A stretch of 25,039 nt of DNA from Euglena gracilis (Eukaryota): the NCBI GenBank assembly GCA_039621445.1, contig CP154954.1:21252642-21277680 (forward strand), in the 5' to 3' direction. Under the pieces are notes generated by a model. It made no database searches. It was not told the DNA's origin and saw only the letters and a program-made list of their open reading frames with translations. The position numbers and the translations under genes were made by a program. This document shows, piece after piece, positions 1 through 9,546 of this stretch (position 1 is the first letter of the stretch; each line of letters begins with the position of its first letter).

Positions 1-49
1 CGCCTCCTCAACGCGTGCAGCGACTGTCCGCCGCTGCAGCTGTTCGAGG
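1..49 (+). CDS. Gene 1 (DUF4397/AlgF-like repeat protein) exon, 5'-partial: RLLNACSDCPPLQLFE(G)
   Basis: GC3-rich codons. Resembles the DUF4397 start 'RxxNASPDAPxVDVY'. Joins in frame to 448 across an intron with pairing ends (49-60 with 435-446). Confidence 0.75.
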
Positions 50-447
50 GAGGAGGGCGGCCCCGCCGGGGTTGTGGGTGGTTTTTGTTTGCACTCAGGC
101 GACAACCCCACCTGAGGACATTTTCGGCAGGTTCTGAGCTTTCACTGGGGCACATTCGAAGGAGGAAGATTGAAAGTTGAGCATTTACAGATTCTTGGAA
201 TGCATCAAAATGTTATGCACAAATGCATTTTTTTGAAGTTGAGGTATTGTTTATTTCTACGTCTCTCCATTTATCATCATGATGTGTATGTTATGCATCC
301 ATACATACGTTATCTTCATCACATCTTCAACGACATGTCTATATCGGCATGCATGCATACAAAAATGCATTTTTAAATATGTCTGCTGTGAAGATGCTTC
401 ATTTCTCTTTTGCTTTCCAGAAGAAAAAACGGTACTGCTCTCCCCCA

Positions 448-484
448 GTCATGCGAAGGTGATCCGCTCCCAGCCCTACAGCCA
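448..484 (+). CDS. Gene 1 exon: (G)HAKVIRSQPYS(Q)
   Basis: Continues the DUF4397-like pattern ('KV..NLxY'). Both flanking introns have pairing ends. Confidence 0.75.
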
Positions 485-702
485 GATCAGAGATTTTTTT
501 TTTACGTTTGGTGTCCCGGGGGGGGGGTCAAGCAAAGTGGGCACCCCCCCCACTTCCCTCTATTTTCAGTGCGAAGCGAAGTCGATTTTGGACCCCAGAA
601 TTGACCCCAAAAGTGCCCCCCCCCCCCGCCGCCTGCCCACCCCAAGGGTTCTTGGGTGGGACCGGACCCCCTCCCGTGGTCCTAAAAAAAATGCCTGAGC
701 CG
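485..702 (+). other. Nonconventional intron made of a TIR element with a 7/8 TSD
   Basis: CAGAGATTTTTTT ... AAAAAAATGCCTG; flanks AGCCAGAT (480-487) / AGCCGGAT (698-705). Confidence 0.8.
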
Positions 703-760
703 GATCTCGGAGTACGTCACCCTCCCGGTGGGGCCGGCCCACATCACCGTCCGGGTTCGC
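703..760 (+). CDS. Gene 1 exon: ISEYVTLPVGPAHITVRVR
   Basis: Typical DUF4397-like 'SxYxxLPxGxxxITVR'. In-frame junctions at +4 CAG / -8 CTG introns. Confidence 0.85.
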
Positions 761-1505
761 AACCAGGCCGTCTTTCCTGCTTTTTGTGTACCCATCCTCC
801 AGGTTTCCCCGCCAGACCGGCCCCACCCCACACTACCCCATCCTTTAACATCCTATGGTCCCACAACCGCTTAGCACCCCCCCCCCCCGCGTCCAACCAC
901 CAAATAGTCACCCCAGAGGGAAAAATGCTGAAGAAGCAAGAGACAACACTGTGCAAAAACCACACGGTGTGCTGAAAATACAGGCAAGGTGGGTTTGCCA
1001 ATTTTTGGGTTTTGGGCAGAATTATAAAATTGACCAAAACGCTTTGTTTCACACTGCAGGTTTTATTATTTTTAAGGCAAAATTTTTCAAATGTTACAAG
1101 ACGGGGGTTTTAAGGTTTTTAAAGGTTTTTAAGGCATTTTGAGAATTTTTGAGAATGTTTAAGGCGTCTATTGTCCATGGGAGATGGGCGGTCAAAGGGC
1201 CGTCCGGGCATCGAACCAACGTCGGTCCAGGTTGAAAATAAAAAAAACAAACAAAACATTTTTTTTGGAGTTTGGGTGTATCGACAATGTTCCAGCGATG
1301 CCAGAAATCATTTTCCCCTCTGGAGTTGGCTTGCTTTTTTTTGCTGAGATTTTACGACTTCTTATTTTTTTGCTGGAAATTCGCAAAAAAAATTCCGGAC
1401 GAATTTTTTTAAAGGTTGTTGAAGGTTTATTTTGAATTTTTTTCAGGCATTTTGGAAAAAAAGATTCCTCCCAGGGACGACAGCAGTGGCTGGCCGCCTG
1501 CCCGG

Positions 1506-1558
1506 AACTCCACCACGCTGCTACGGCAGGAGCCGGTGCACCTCCCGCCGAACCCCAT
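1506..1558 (+). CDS. Gene 1 exon: NSTTLLRQEPVHLPPNP(M)
   Basis: GC3-rich. In-frame join via intron 761-1505 (CAGGCCGTC pairs with GGCCGCCTG). Confidence 0.75.
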
Positions 1559-1651
1559 GGCCAGGGCCCGCGGTGCGCCCGGTGCAGTCTGTTGCAGCCC
1601 TCTCGGCCCCGTCTCCTTGGGGGTCCGTTGTGCCACGCAAGCCCTGTGGTG
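1559..1651 (+). other. 93-nt nonconventional intron, in frame and stop-free
   Basis: CAGGGC at +4 pairs with GCCCTG at -6. Removal gives NPMTYVVFG. Confidence 0.7.
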
Positions 1652-1696
1652 GACGTACGTGGTGTTCGGGACGTACGCTGCTTTGAGGACCAACTG
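1652..1696 (+). CDS. Gene 1 exon: TYVVFGTYAALRTN(W)
   Basis: DUF4397-like 'YTVxxxG' strand, followed by GT donor GTGTGC at 1697. Confidence 0.75.
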
Positions 1697-3293
1697 GTGT
1701 GCCCCTCGTGCCTCCATGCCTGCAGTGGCACTGCTCCATTGCTTGTGCGACCGTTTGGTGTGCATGGACTGCTCGACATCGCGTGAGTTGGGTGAAGTTT
1801 CGTCGCAATGACATTTAAGGGAGAACAAATGCGCCTTATCTTTTTTTGTGTGTGTGTGTTATAAAATCCATGTGTAGTTCTTTTTGATCACCATTTGAGG
1901 GAACTCAAAGTTGACCGAAACGTGCATTTACCTGGAGGTTCTTTTTGATTCAACAAATTTTTTGGAAAACGTTGAATGGCAGAGTCTCTGCCAATATTTC
2001 TGGACGTTCTTGGCGACGGACAAATATTGATAATGTGGTCTGCAGCCAAAGTGCAGAAATTGATTGGAAATGACAAGCAACAGTCGAAATTACCAACGTG
2101 GCCGAGCATGGTAATTTTTGGGTGTGACTATTTGTGCCTGAATGTGTCCTTTTTTTTTGTGGTGTTCAGCAATTTTGATGTGAGTACCTTTCCCAGTAAC
2201 TGTCGGGATTCAGGGAGAACACTGGCAGACCGTCTTCTGGGCAAAAAATCTCGCGACCACACCTCTTTTCGACCTCGACAAAGCAAGGATTGTCCCGAAG
2301 CCAAAACGAAATTTTGCAGAGAGGAATGTGTCCATTTTCAATTAAGCCGTGAACCCCGAAGCTGGAATGTCGTGTCAAAGCGTCGTGTACCTTCTCCTGT
2401 GCCTTCGCCAGATGGGGTGCAACTGAATCAAATAAATCAGAAAAATCAGGTGTTGTCGTGCATTCTTGAGACCGAACGACCCAGTGTTTAAGGTTTAAAA
2501 GTGCTATTTTTAGCATTTTTCGCGATTTTCGGCCATTTTTTTGTGGGTCCCCCGGGACCCCCCCCCCCCCGGGGCCCCAGGAGGTGGGTGGGTGGGGGGG
2601 GACCCCCCGGTCTAAAAACCCCTGAACTTGACCAGGGCCCTGGCTGGATTTTTCTGTTCAAAAAGTTAAGTCACAGGTCACAGGTCGATGTCGGGAACCC
2701 TGCACGAAGCGAAATGACTGATCCAGAACTCTGCAAATGTGAAATGCTTATGACGTATCAACGGTTGTCTTGGATGATGCGTGATGCGCAGGGCGGTCCT
2801 CAAGGGACGGGTGGGCATTTTTTTTTTATTTAAGGACCCCCTCCTCAAGCGGCCAGCAAACGGCAGGTCCGGGACTCGAGCGGGGTCGAAAAGTTAAATT
2901 TTAAAAGAACCAGTTTTGGAGTTTGGGGTTGGCGACCGTCAAAGGATGCCAGAAATTTCATTTTCCCCCCAATGTCGACCTTTTTTAGCCAAGAAAATGT
3001 CGATTTTTTCCTGTGGATTTTCTGTTGAATGTGCCGAGACAGCAGAGTTTTTTTTGATTTTTTTTTTAAACTGCCCTGGTGATTGGTTCCGAATTACCAT
3101 GACTGGCCAGGCAGCCTCACCCATTGGTGTACAGTGAAGTGCTGCCTGATTCCCAACATCGACAGATGGACCGCAAAGCATCCTTCTACGGGCTTGTTTG
3201 CTCATCTGCAGCCCTGCAGATGAAGTGCAGGAAGTATGAGCCACGCCGGGGGACCCTGGGGACCGCTCCGCCATGCCCCGGGGTCTGGCTCAG
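1697..3293 (+). other. Conventional GT-AG intron
   Basis: GTGTGC...CTCAG; in-frame join NW|YSD. Confidence 0.75.
2789..3078. mobile_element. CAGGGCGGTCC-family MITE nested in a GT-AG intron
   Basis: TIR CAGGGCGGT/ACTGCCCTG; flanks GTGATGCG/GTGATTGG. Left end nearly identical to 10210. Confidence 0.7.
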
Positions 3294-3417
3294 GTATTCG
3301 GACAGCTGGGAGTACGCGCCCGACCAGGCGGCGCTGCGGTTCCTGCACCTCTCTGAGGGGACGGCGGCGGTGGACATCAAGCTGGCCGGCGTCGGCACCT
3401 CCATCCAGTGGGAGCAT
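3294..3417 (+). CDS. Gene 1 exon: [41 protein letters not shown]
   Basis: CAG acceptor at 3291-3293 and GT donor at 3418. Matches the second DUF4397-like repeat 'AxLRFxHLSPDAxAVDI'. Confidence 0.9.
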
Positions 3418-3591
3418 GTGTGCCCCCCCCACCCGCCTTCCCTGCATCAAGGTGGCTGCCCTCCCCCCCCCCACAGCCCCACACAGGGGCATCCTGGGCA
3501 TTCTGGCTGTTCACGGAGATTTATGGAAGCGCAAAAACCCCAGTGGAACACCTGACACGACAAGAAACCAACAGTATGCTTGACACGATGG

Positions 3592-3624
3592 ATATGTATA
3601 TATCTTTATATATATACATATATG

Positions 3625-3701
<77 letters not shown>
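3592..3701. repeat. (TA)n microsatellite
   Basis: Direct reading. Confidence 0.95.
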
Positions 3702-3702
<1 letters not shown>

Positions 3703-3704
<2 letters not shown>

Positions 3705-4203
3705 GCAGCGAATCTTTACTTGGCCCGTGGGCCGAGTAAAGACTCCGGGGGGGGGGGTCCATATAGCATCCCCGCGTCCGGCGTTCCCCCCGTTTCGGCC
3801 CCGCGGGGCCCCGGAACCGCGCCGGATCCGGGCCAAATCGGTCGGATCCGGGGAGATTTCTCACTTAATTGGAGGTATAGGGTTAGGTTTGGGTTTGGCA
3901 TTTTTCCGGTCCAAAGTTAGGCCGGAAGTTGGGTTCCGTTTTGGGAAGATTTTCGAATCACCCGTTTTCCCCCAAAAGGCCCCGAAGGGGCCCAAATCCC
4001 CCAAATTTTTGTCCGCCCCGCTACCTAAATCCTCCCCAAAATCCCCAACGGGGGAGCCCTCCGGGAATTTGGTCGCGCACCTAACCCTATTCCAAAAAAT
4101 AACCCCGAATTCTCCCGAAGGTCGGACGCGGGGGATGCTGCACGGACCCCCCCCCCCCTGGAGTCTTTACTCGGCCCGCGGGCCGAGTAAAGACTCGCTG
4201 CCA
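3703..4203. mobile_element. MITE with ~80-bp TIRs containing palindromes, inserted in (TA)n
   Basis: TGGCAGCGA...TCGCTGCCA termini. Perfect 36-bp palindrome at 4161-4196 and a near-perfect one at 3713-3742. Confidence 0.85.
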
Positions 4204-4216
4204 TATACATATATAT

Positions 4217-4701
4217 AGAAGCAAGATTCTATTTGCCCCCCCCCCCCGGGGCCAAGTAGAATCTCCAGGGTGGGGGGTCCGGGTAGCATCTCCTGCGTCC
4301 GCCCTTCGGGAAAATTCGGGGTTATTTTTTGGGGTAGGGTTAGGTGCGCGACCGGATTCCCGGAGGGCGCCCCCGTTGGGGAATTTAGGGAGGGGTTCGG
4401 CCGAATTGTGGGCGAATTTTGGGGGAATTTGGGTCGAATTCAGGCATTTTGGGGGCAAAATGGACCATTCCAAAATCTTCCCAAAACAGAACCCAACGGC
4501 CCAACTTTTTTCCGAAAACGTGCCAATTTTCGGCGGGCCAATCCCAACCCTAACCCTATTCCTCAAATTAAGTGCCACATCTCCCCGGATCCGACCGATT
4601 TGGCCCGGATCCGCTGCGGTTCCGGGGCCCCGTGGAACCGAAACGGAGGGAAGGTCGGACGGGGGGGGGGATGCTACCCGGACCCCCCCCTGGAGATTCT
4701 A
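4217..4701. mobile_element. Second, diverged copy of the same MITE family in inverted orientation
   Basis: Inverted repeats TAGAATCTCCAGGG...GGTCCGGGTAGCATC / GATGCTACCCGGACC...CTGGAGATTCTA. Interior is the reverse-complement homologue of ~3745-4160. Confidence 0.8.
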
Positions 4702-4835
4702 TTATATATATATTATATATATATATATATGCATATACACACATATGTATATATGTATGTATATATGTGTGTATATATGTATATTTTATATGTATATGTG
4801 TGTATGTATATTATATATGTACACATACATATGTA
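4702..4835. repeat. Degenerate TA/TG microsatellite
   Basis: Direct reading. Confidence 0.9.
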
Positions 4836-4837
4836 AA

Positions 4838-5001
4838 TGGTGGTAATTTTAGTACCCCCCGGGGGGGTGCTATAGTTCACTCCGCGATGGCCATCGAAAA
4901 TTTTTTCCCATTCTCGTCCTCGATCGCAGGTTGTTTCGGGGTTTTTTTTTTTCGGCCAGGGGGAGGCGCGCGACAGGGGGTATTAAAGTTCCCACCTGCC
5001 A
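4838..5001. mobile_element. Short MITE in a TA-rich tract
   Basis: GGTGGTAATTTTAGTACCCCC vs GGGGGTATTAAAGTTCCCACC; right end CTGCCA as in 3703-4203. Confidence 0.6.
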
Positions 5002-5100
5002 TATATGTATATGTATATATATACATATACATATATATGTATATATACATATCTATGTATATATATGTATCTCTCTCTCTCTCTCTCTCTCTCGCTCTCT
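5002..5100. repeat. Degenerate (TA)n followed by (CT)n
   Basis: Direct reading. Confidence 0.9.
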
Positions 5101-5123
5101 ATGCCCGTGGTCTGGCTTTTCAG

Positions 5124-5327
5124 GTGCCGTATGCCTCCGCTGGCGACTTCCAAACTGTGGCCATTTCCACCGCTCCGCTCCGCTTCTCCGTCACGAACGC
5201 CTCCGGCGTGGCCGTCGCCGGGGCGCTGGTCCCGACCCTCACCGCGGAGCAGTCGTACACGCTGGCCCTCCTGGGCCCCTCCGCCCAGGTCATCACCCGC
5301 CTGTTTGGCGGCTACAACCCCCTGGCC
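5124..5327 (+). CDS. Gene 1 exon: VPYASAGDFQTVAISTAPLRFSVTNASGVAVAGALVPTLTAEQSYTLALLGPSAQVITRLFGGYNPLA
   Basis: TTTTCAG acceptor, strong GC3 bias, DUF4397-like 'VxY...YTLxxxG'. Confidence 0.9.
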
Positions 5328-5682
5328 GCCCAGCGGGGGGGGGGGGGGTTGGATGGGTAACCAACTTTGGTGTGCGGCGGACATCGACCTTCTTTTTCTG
5401 TGCTGTTTTTGTGTCCGTGTTTTCGTGTCTTCTGTGCAATTGTTGACTTTTGCGCCGCGGAATTACCAAATGGTGAATTTCCGCCACAATGTGGAGATTT
5501 TTTGAGGCGAAGTGTATTGCAAACCGTGGCGCGGACCCCTTCGCGCCACCGAGTGCCACGCGTGCATTTAGGAACGGGGGCGGCATCACGCCGCTTTCCC
5601 GTGTTGCCGCCCGAGGCAGTCAGTCAGCTCTGCCCGGCGGAACCTCTCTCCCCCGGTCCGCCCTGCCGCCCCCGCTGGCCCC

Positions 5683-5801
5683 GGCCCCCCCAAGCCCTCG
5701 GGCGCCGCGGTGCCGGAGCCGGGCGACCCCCCGCTGGAGCACTGGCGGCGGGTCGGTACCGTGGCCCTGGCGGCGAGGGGGCTCCTCCCCCGGCCGAAGG
5801 C
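5683..5801 (+). CDS. Gene 1 exon: GPPKPSGAAVPEPGDPPLEHWRRVGTVALAARGLLPRPK(A)
   Basis: In frame after intron 5328-5682 (CAGCGGGGG / CCCCCGCTG at +4/-6). GC3-rich. 3' boundary approximate. Confidence 0.7.
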
Positions 5802-6175
5802 GGCCGAGGGCGGGGGCGGGGAAACAGGCTGCGCCGTAAAAGTGCAGTGCGAGAGGAAGGACGGAACAGCGCGTCGACGGTGCAAACACGCGGCGTTCCC
5901 ATTTGCCCCATGATGCCTGCGTTTGCACAGAAGTCTGAATTGCGGGGGAAAACGACCTCCGCCGTTTCCCCGAATTCGGGCATTTTTTACGGCAACGCCT
6001 GCAACTCCCCGCATTTTTCCAGCAACGTCCCTGTTTTCCTCTTCACGATGGCCCCTGGGGGTCTTCCGAGTAATGAAGAAGCTTGATTCGCAATTATCTC
6101 AGTTTTTTTTATAACGGAGGCCAAGGCCACAACCATGCCGTAGGCAGCCGCTTCGCGGGGCAGCGCCCTCCCCCC

Positions 6176-6248
6176 GGTGCTGAGCGCCGCGCTGTGCTGC
6201 TTCCACTGCCTCGCCCAGCGGGGGCTGCTCCACAGCTGCTACATCCAC
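6176..6248 (+). CDS. Gene 1 exon, Cys-rich: VLSAALCCFHCLAQRGLLHSCYIH
   Basis: All codons end in G/C. Flanking intron ends pair (GAGGGCG/CGCCCTC and GTCGGGGA/TCCTCGAC). Confidence 0.7.
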
Positions 6249-6335
6249 GTCGGGGATGCCACCCGCGGCCCCCCTTCTGCCTTCGGCAGAGCCACACCAC
6301 CCTTCCCTTGTCTTTCCTTGGCGGTCTGGGGGGGA

Positions 6336-6511
<176 letters not shown>

Positions 6512-6570
6512 TTTCACACTTTGATTCCTTCCATCCTCAAACAACTCTGCCCACACCCTCTCCTCGACTT

Positions 6571-6691
6571 GTGCGCCAGCTCGTCAAAATGGGGGCCTCG
6601 GCCTCAAAGGCCTCGACGGGGAGTACAGTCTGCCCCTGGACGCCTGCATCGCCGCCCGGTACGGCGGGGAGGACGACTCTGGGTGGGGCCG
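6571..6691 (+). CDS. Gene 1 exon with probable 1-nt frameshift at G5 (6591-6595): VRQLVKMG/GLGLKGLDGEYSLPLDACIAARYGGEDDSGWG(R)
   Basis: Entry frame fixed by intron 6249-6570 pairing. The codon-biased frame switches at the G run. GTAGGC donor at 6692. Confidence 0.6.
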
Positions 6692-6783
6692 GTAGGCAGC
6701 GGGAGAGCCCCCCCCCCCCCCCCCCCCGCCGAACCCCCCAACGTTCCACCTCAGCCCCCAACCTCTCTCCCTCTGAGCCGCAG

Positions 6784-6832
6784 AGCTGTGTGGGCTCCGG
6801 GGGTTCTCTGGCTGCCGAGGACACCGCTCTGA
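6784..6832 (+). CDS. Gene 1 probable terminal exon: AVWAPGVLWLPRTPL*
   Basis: Pyrimidine tract plus CAG acceptor (6781-6783), TGA at 6830-6832. Depends on the frameshift interpretation. Confidence 0.5.
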
Positions 6833-8465
6833 CGATAGCCGTGAGAGGATGCCAGAGGGAACGCCTGGGTTTCCAACACCCCTTTTGGCAGTCACGGATT
6901 GGATGATGGCGGGGTTTGAGGTCTGGACCTCCCAAGGATTGGAAGAGCCGGAGGGGCTGTCTTTGGGAAAGGCAGTTGATTCTGCATTTTCCACTGGTTC
7001 CCTGATCACCCACGATGGAACTTCCTCACGAGCCGCACTGCATCAATAAAATTTTATTTTTTTCCAGCAACAAAAATCTCCAGGGCTGCTTTTAAGGGTG
7101 CTTTTTTACCTGAGAGACATTTTAGAAAGGGTTGACATATGAACGAGGCATTATTGATGCAAGACCCCCCCACCCCACCGCCCCCGGCAAAGCAGTTCCT
7201 TTGTTCTGCCAACATGATTTTTACTGACAATTTTTTTTTCATGCCCAGGAAGCGAACCCCTCCCTGTTCTCCACAAGATATGGGAATCAGTGGGGTGTTT
7301 GATGAATTATGGATCTTTTTTTTGGGATGGGTAGGTAGTTTAAGTATTTTTTTTTGATTTGTATTGTGGTGTTAATTAATTGTTTAATTGTAGTATTATT
7401 TTTCTTAATTTATTTTTAATTTGCACATTGTCTCTGTCTTGAGCTTCCTGCTCTCCTTCTCCTGCATCTTGCCATCCGCTGGACCATCTTCTGTACAACT
7501 CGACGCTGATATATATTTTCTGCACCAAACCTATACTCCTCGCTCACATCAAGGTTTGACATTGATCCGGAGGCAGATCGTTCCAGTCTATGGGCAACAC
7601 GGCTCCGAGAGGTGCCTGTGACAAAACATTTCATTATTCTTCATCACCGACCATCTTTCTCTGAGGTGAAGGCTTTAATTATTATTTTGAAGTAGAAATA
7701 CCATTTTCGCTTTGCTCGGTGTTTATTGGCCCTACGCACCGTGATTTTCCAATTTTGTCTAATTTCCCCCAGCTGCAATTCACTCCCCACCCCGCCCCCC
7801 AAATTCATTGGTGCTTTCAACTGACATCGATGTGAATTGTTCCTCAGATCATACAGCAACAGCGGCAAAGCCAAATTCGATCCTTTTCAACATGGCGAAC
7901 TTGACACTTGACTGTTAAGTTGGAATGAAAATTCCAAGTGACGTCCACGAAGCTGGCATTTTTTGAAAGCACCGTGTTTTTCTCCCAGAACCCTCGTGAA
8001 AGTCATCTCCAAAGGCGCATTGAGCTTTGTCAACCGTCAACCCAATTGTGCTTTACTGACAAACCCTGGGAGAACCATCTGACCCACTGCTTTTGCTTCT
8101 TCGCACGTGCTCCGCACCATTGCCCTCAAATCATTCTGACGTTTGCCCCCTCAACCCGCTGCCTTGACCCTCGTTTCGAACAGTGGAGTGCACTTTGTGT
8201 TGTGATGATTACTCTGAATTCATGGAAGTGGGATTGACTCCCCATCCCATTTTGGGGCTTTGCGGCCAAATCACTTCCAAAGGCGCCTAAGGTGATGTAA
8301 AAATGGGGAGGGCGGGTTGAGGGGAGGTCGACCCCACCCACCACCCATTCATCCAAGCACAGATTAAGCTTTCAGGTTCGAAACCGCCGAAGTGCATGTT
8401 CCCCTTCCCCTGGTGGTGGTGGTTAATTTCTGCATTTTTTTGCACACCGATGCATATTGTATAAG

Positions 8466-8468
<3 letters not shown>

Positions 8469-8540
<72 letters not shown>
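8469..8540. repeat. (TG)n microsatellite
   Basis: Direct reading. Confidence 0.95.
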
Positions 8541-8541
<1 letters not shown>

Positions 8542-8826
8542 CGCGTGCCCCTGGGGTTATAAGTGGTGGCAAGTTCACTCCTTGGGCCTGTGGCAGAGCA
8601 ACATCCCGGTCCTCGCACCTTCTTTCTTTTGTTGGCTTTTTTTGGGGGGGACGACACTCGTGTGTGTGTGGGGCGCATTAGCAGAATTTTCGGGCCGCCG
8701 CATCACTTGTCCTGCTGGGGGCCAAGCCCAACTCTCCCTACTGTGTCTTTCGCCTCCACCAGCACCGCCGGCAGCCACTGACCCACAGTCAGTGCCCAGG
8801 GAGGGAGGCCGAACCTGACAACTTAC

Positions 8827-8920
8827 CACACGTCACACGTCACACGTCAGAAGTCACACGTCAGACGTCACACGTCACACATCAGGCGTCAGACGTCACA
8901 CGCCACACGCCACACGCCAC
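8827..8920. repeat. 7-bp tandem repeat (CACACGT / GTCACAC), about 13 units
   Basis: cacacgt-cacacgt-cacacgt-cagaagt...cacacgc-cacacgc. Confidence 0.9.
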
Positions 8921-9019
8921 CTTCCATCTGGGGTGACCCAACAGGGCACCAACCCCCCGGGGCAGCCAACGGATGCCAACGTATGCCGGGCGGCCAGCCT
9001 GGTTTGCCCCGGCCCTGCC

Positions 9020-9039
9020 CGCCTTGTTGTGCCCCCCAG
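9020..9039 (+). promoter_or_regulatory. Candidate spliced-leader trans-splicing acceptor
   Basis: Pyrimidine-rich tract ending in CAG (9037-9039), 5 nt before the gene 2 ATG. SL trans-splicing is standard in Euglenozoa. Confidence 0.45.
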
Positions 9040-9044
9040 CATCG

Positions 9045-9127
9045 ATGCCCACACCGGGGCCGCCCGCCCTGCTCCTCGCCCTCCTCCTGACCCTGGCCTC
9101 TTGCGGCAGTGGCGGGCCTGGGCCCCC
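9045..9127 (+). CDS. Gene 2 (Methyltransf_24-type SAM methyltransferase) exon 1 with signal peptide/anchor: MPTPGPPALLLALLLTLASCGSGGPGP(P)
   Basis: ATG followed by hydrophobic ALLLALLLTLA. Joins in frame to the downstream exons. Confidence 0.8.
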
Positions 9128-9130
9128 CTC

Positions 9131-9517
9131 CAGGGTTTGATATGAGGGCGTACATGGTTTAGGTGGGGGGGGTGTCCCCCCCCCTCCTGGCCCGCAGGGG
9201 GGGGGGTCCGGACCACCCCCCCACCTGCCAGGGGGTCCGGACCGACCCTCGGGGGGGTTCCCGGGACGCCCCAAAAAGGGTCATTTTTTTCCTCCGGCGC
9301 TTCGCGCCGAAAATTTTTTGCATTTTTGGCACATTTTTGCCCAAAAAAATGCCCAAAATGGCACTTTTGGTCGTTTTGGGGGGTCAAAAATTTTTCGGTA
9401 ACCCAGACCGCGCACCTGTTTAGGTGGGGGGGGGTGTCCCCCCCACCCCCCCTCCTGGCCCGCGGGGGGGGGGGGTCCGGACCCCCCCCCCCCCACCTGT
9501 CCTTATATCGAACCCTG
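9131..9517. mobile_element. Non-autonomous hAT-like TIR element forming essentially all of intron 9128-9522
   Basis: 17-bp TIR CAGGGTTTGATATGAGG / CCTTATATCGAACCCTG (15/17). Perfect 8-bp flanking repeat CCCCCCTC. Internal direct repeats at ~9158-9228 and ~9418-9499. Confidence 0.85.
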
Positions 9518-9522
9518 CCCCC

Positions 9523-9546
9523 CTCCTCGCTGGCGCAGCTCACCGT
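9523..9546 (+). CDS. Gene 2 micro-exon (24 nt): SSLAQLT(V)
   Basis: Bounded by two introns with pairing ends in the +4/-6 register. Frame is maintained. Confidence 0.75.

Larger units (their letters stand above)
3418..5123 (+). other. Conventional GT-AG intron filled with TA microsatellite and MITEs
   Basis: GTGTGC...TTTTCAG; in-frame join EH|VPY. Confidence 0.85.

Noticed and set aside
1888-2516. Protein-like minus-strand ORFs inside intron 1697-3293
   Set aside because: No recognisable domain, no host GC3 bias, and broken frames. Could be a decayed TE but this cannot be supported without a search.
2482-2624. CAG...CTG MITE with TSD
   Set aside because: Interior resembles the 11661 family, but the flanks do not give a clean 8-bp repeat. 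Probably a truncated copy with unsupported boundaries.
7045-7050. AATAAA polyadenylation signal for gene 1
   Set aside because: A single hexamer in AT-rich sequence; its use in this lineage cannot be established from sequence alone.
7416-8237. Possible decayed transposase on the minus strand (e.g. DWNDLPPDQCQTLM)
   Set aside because: Only a vague resemblance to a Tc1-like C-terminus. Multiple stops, and no DDE motif or TIRs found.
8827-8920. CRISPR-like array (also considered for 9158-9499 and 18205-18275)
   Set aside because: No unique spacers of regular length, no cas genes, eukaryotic context.
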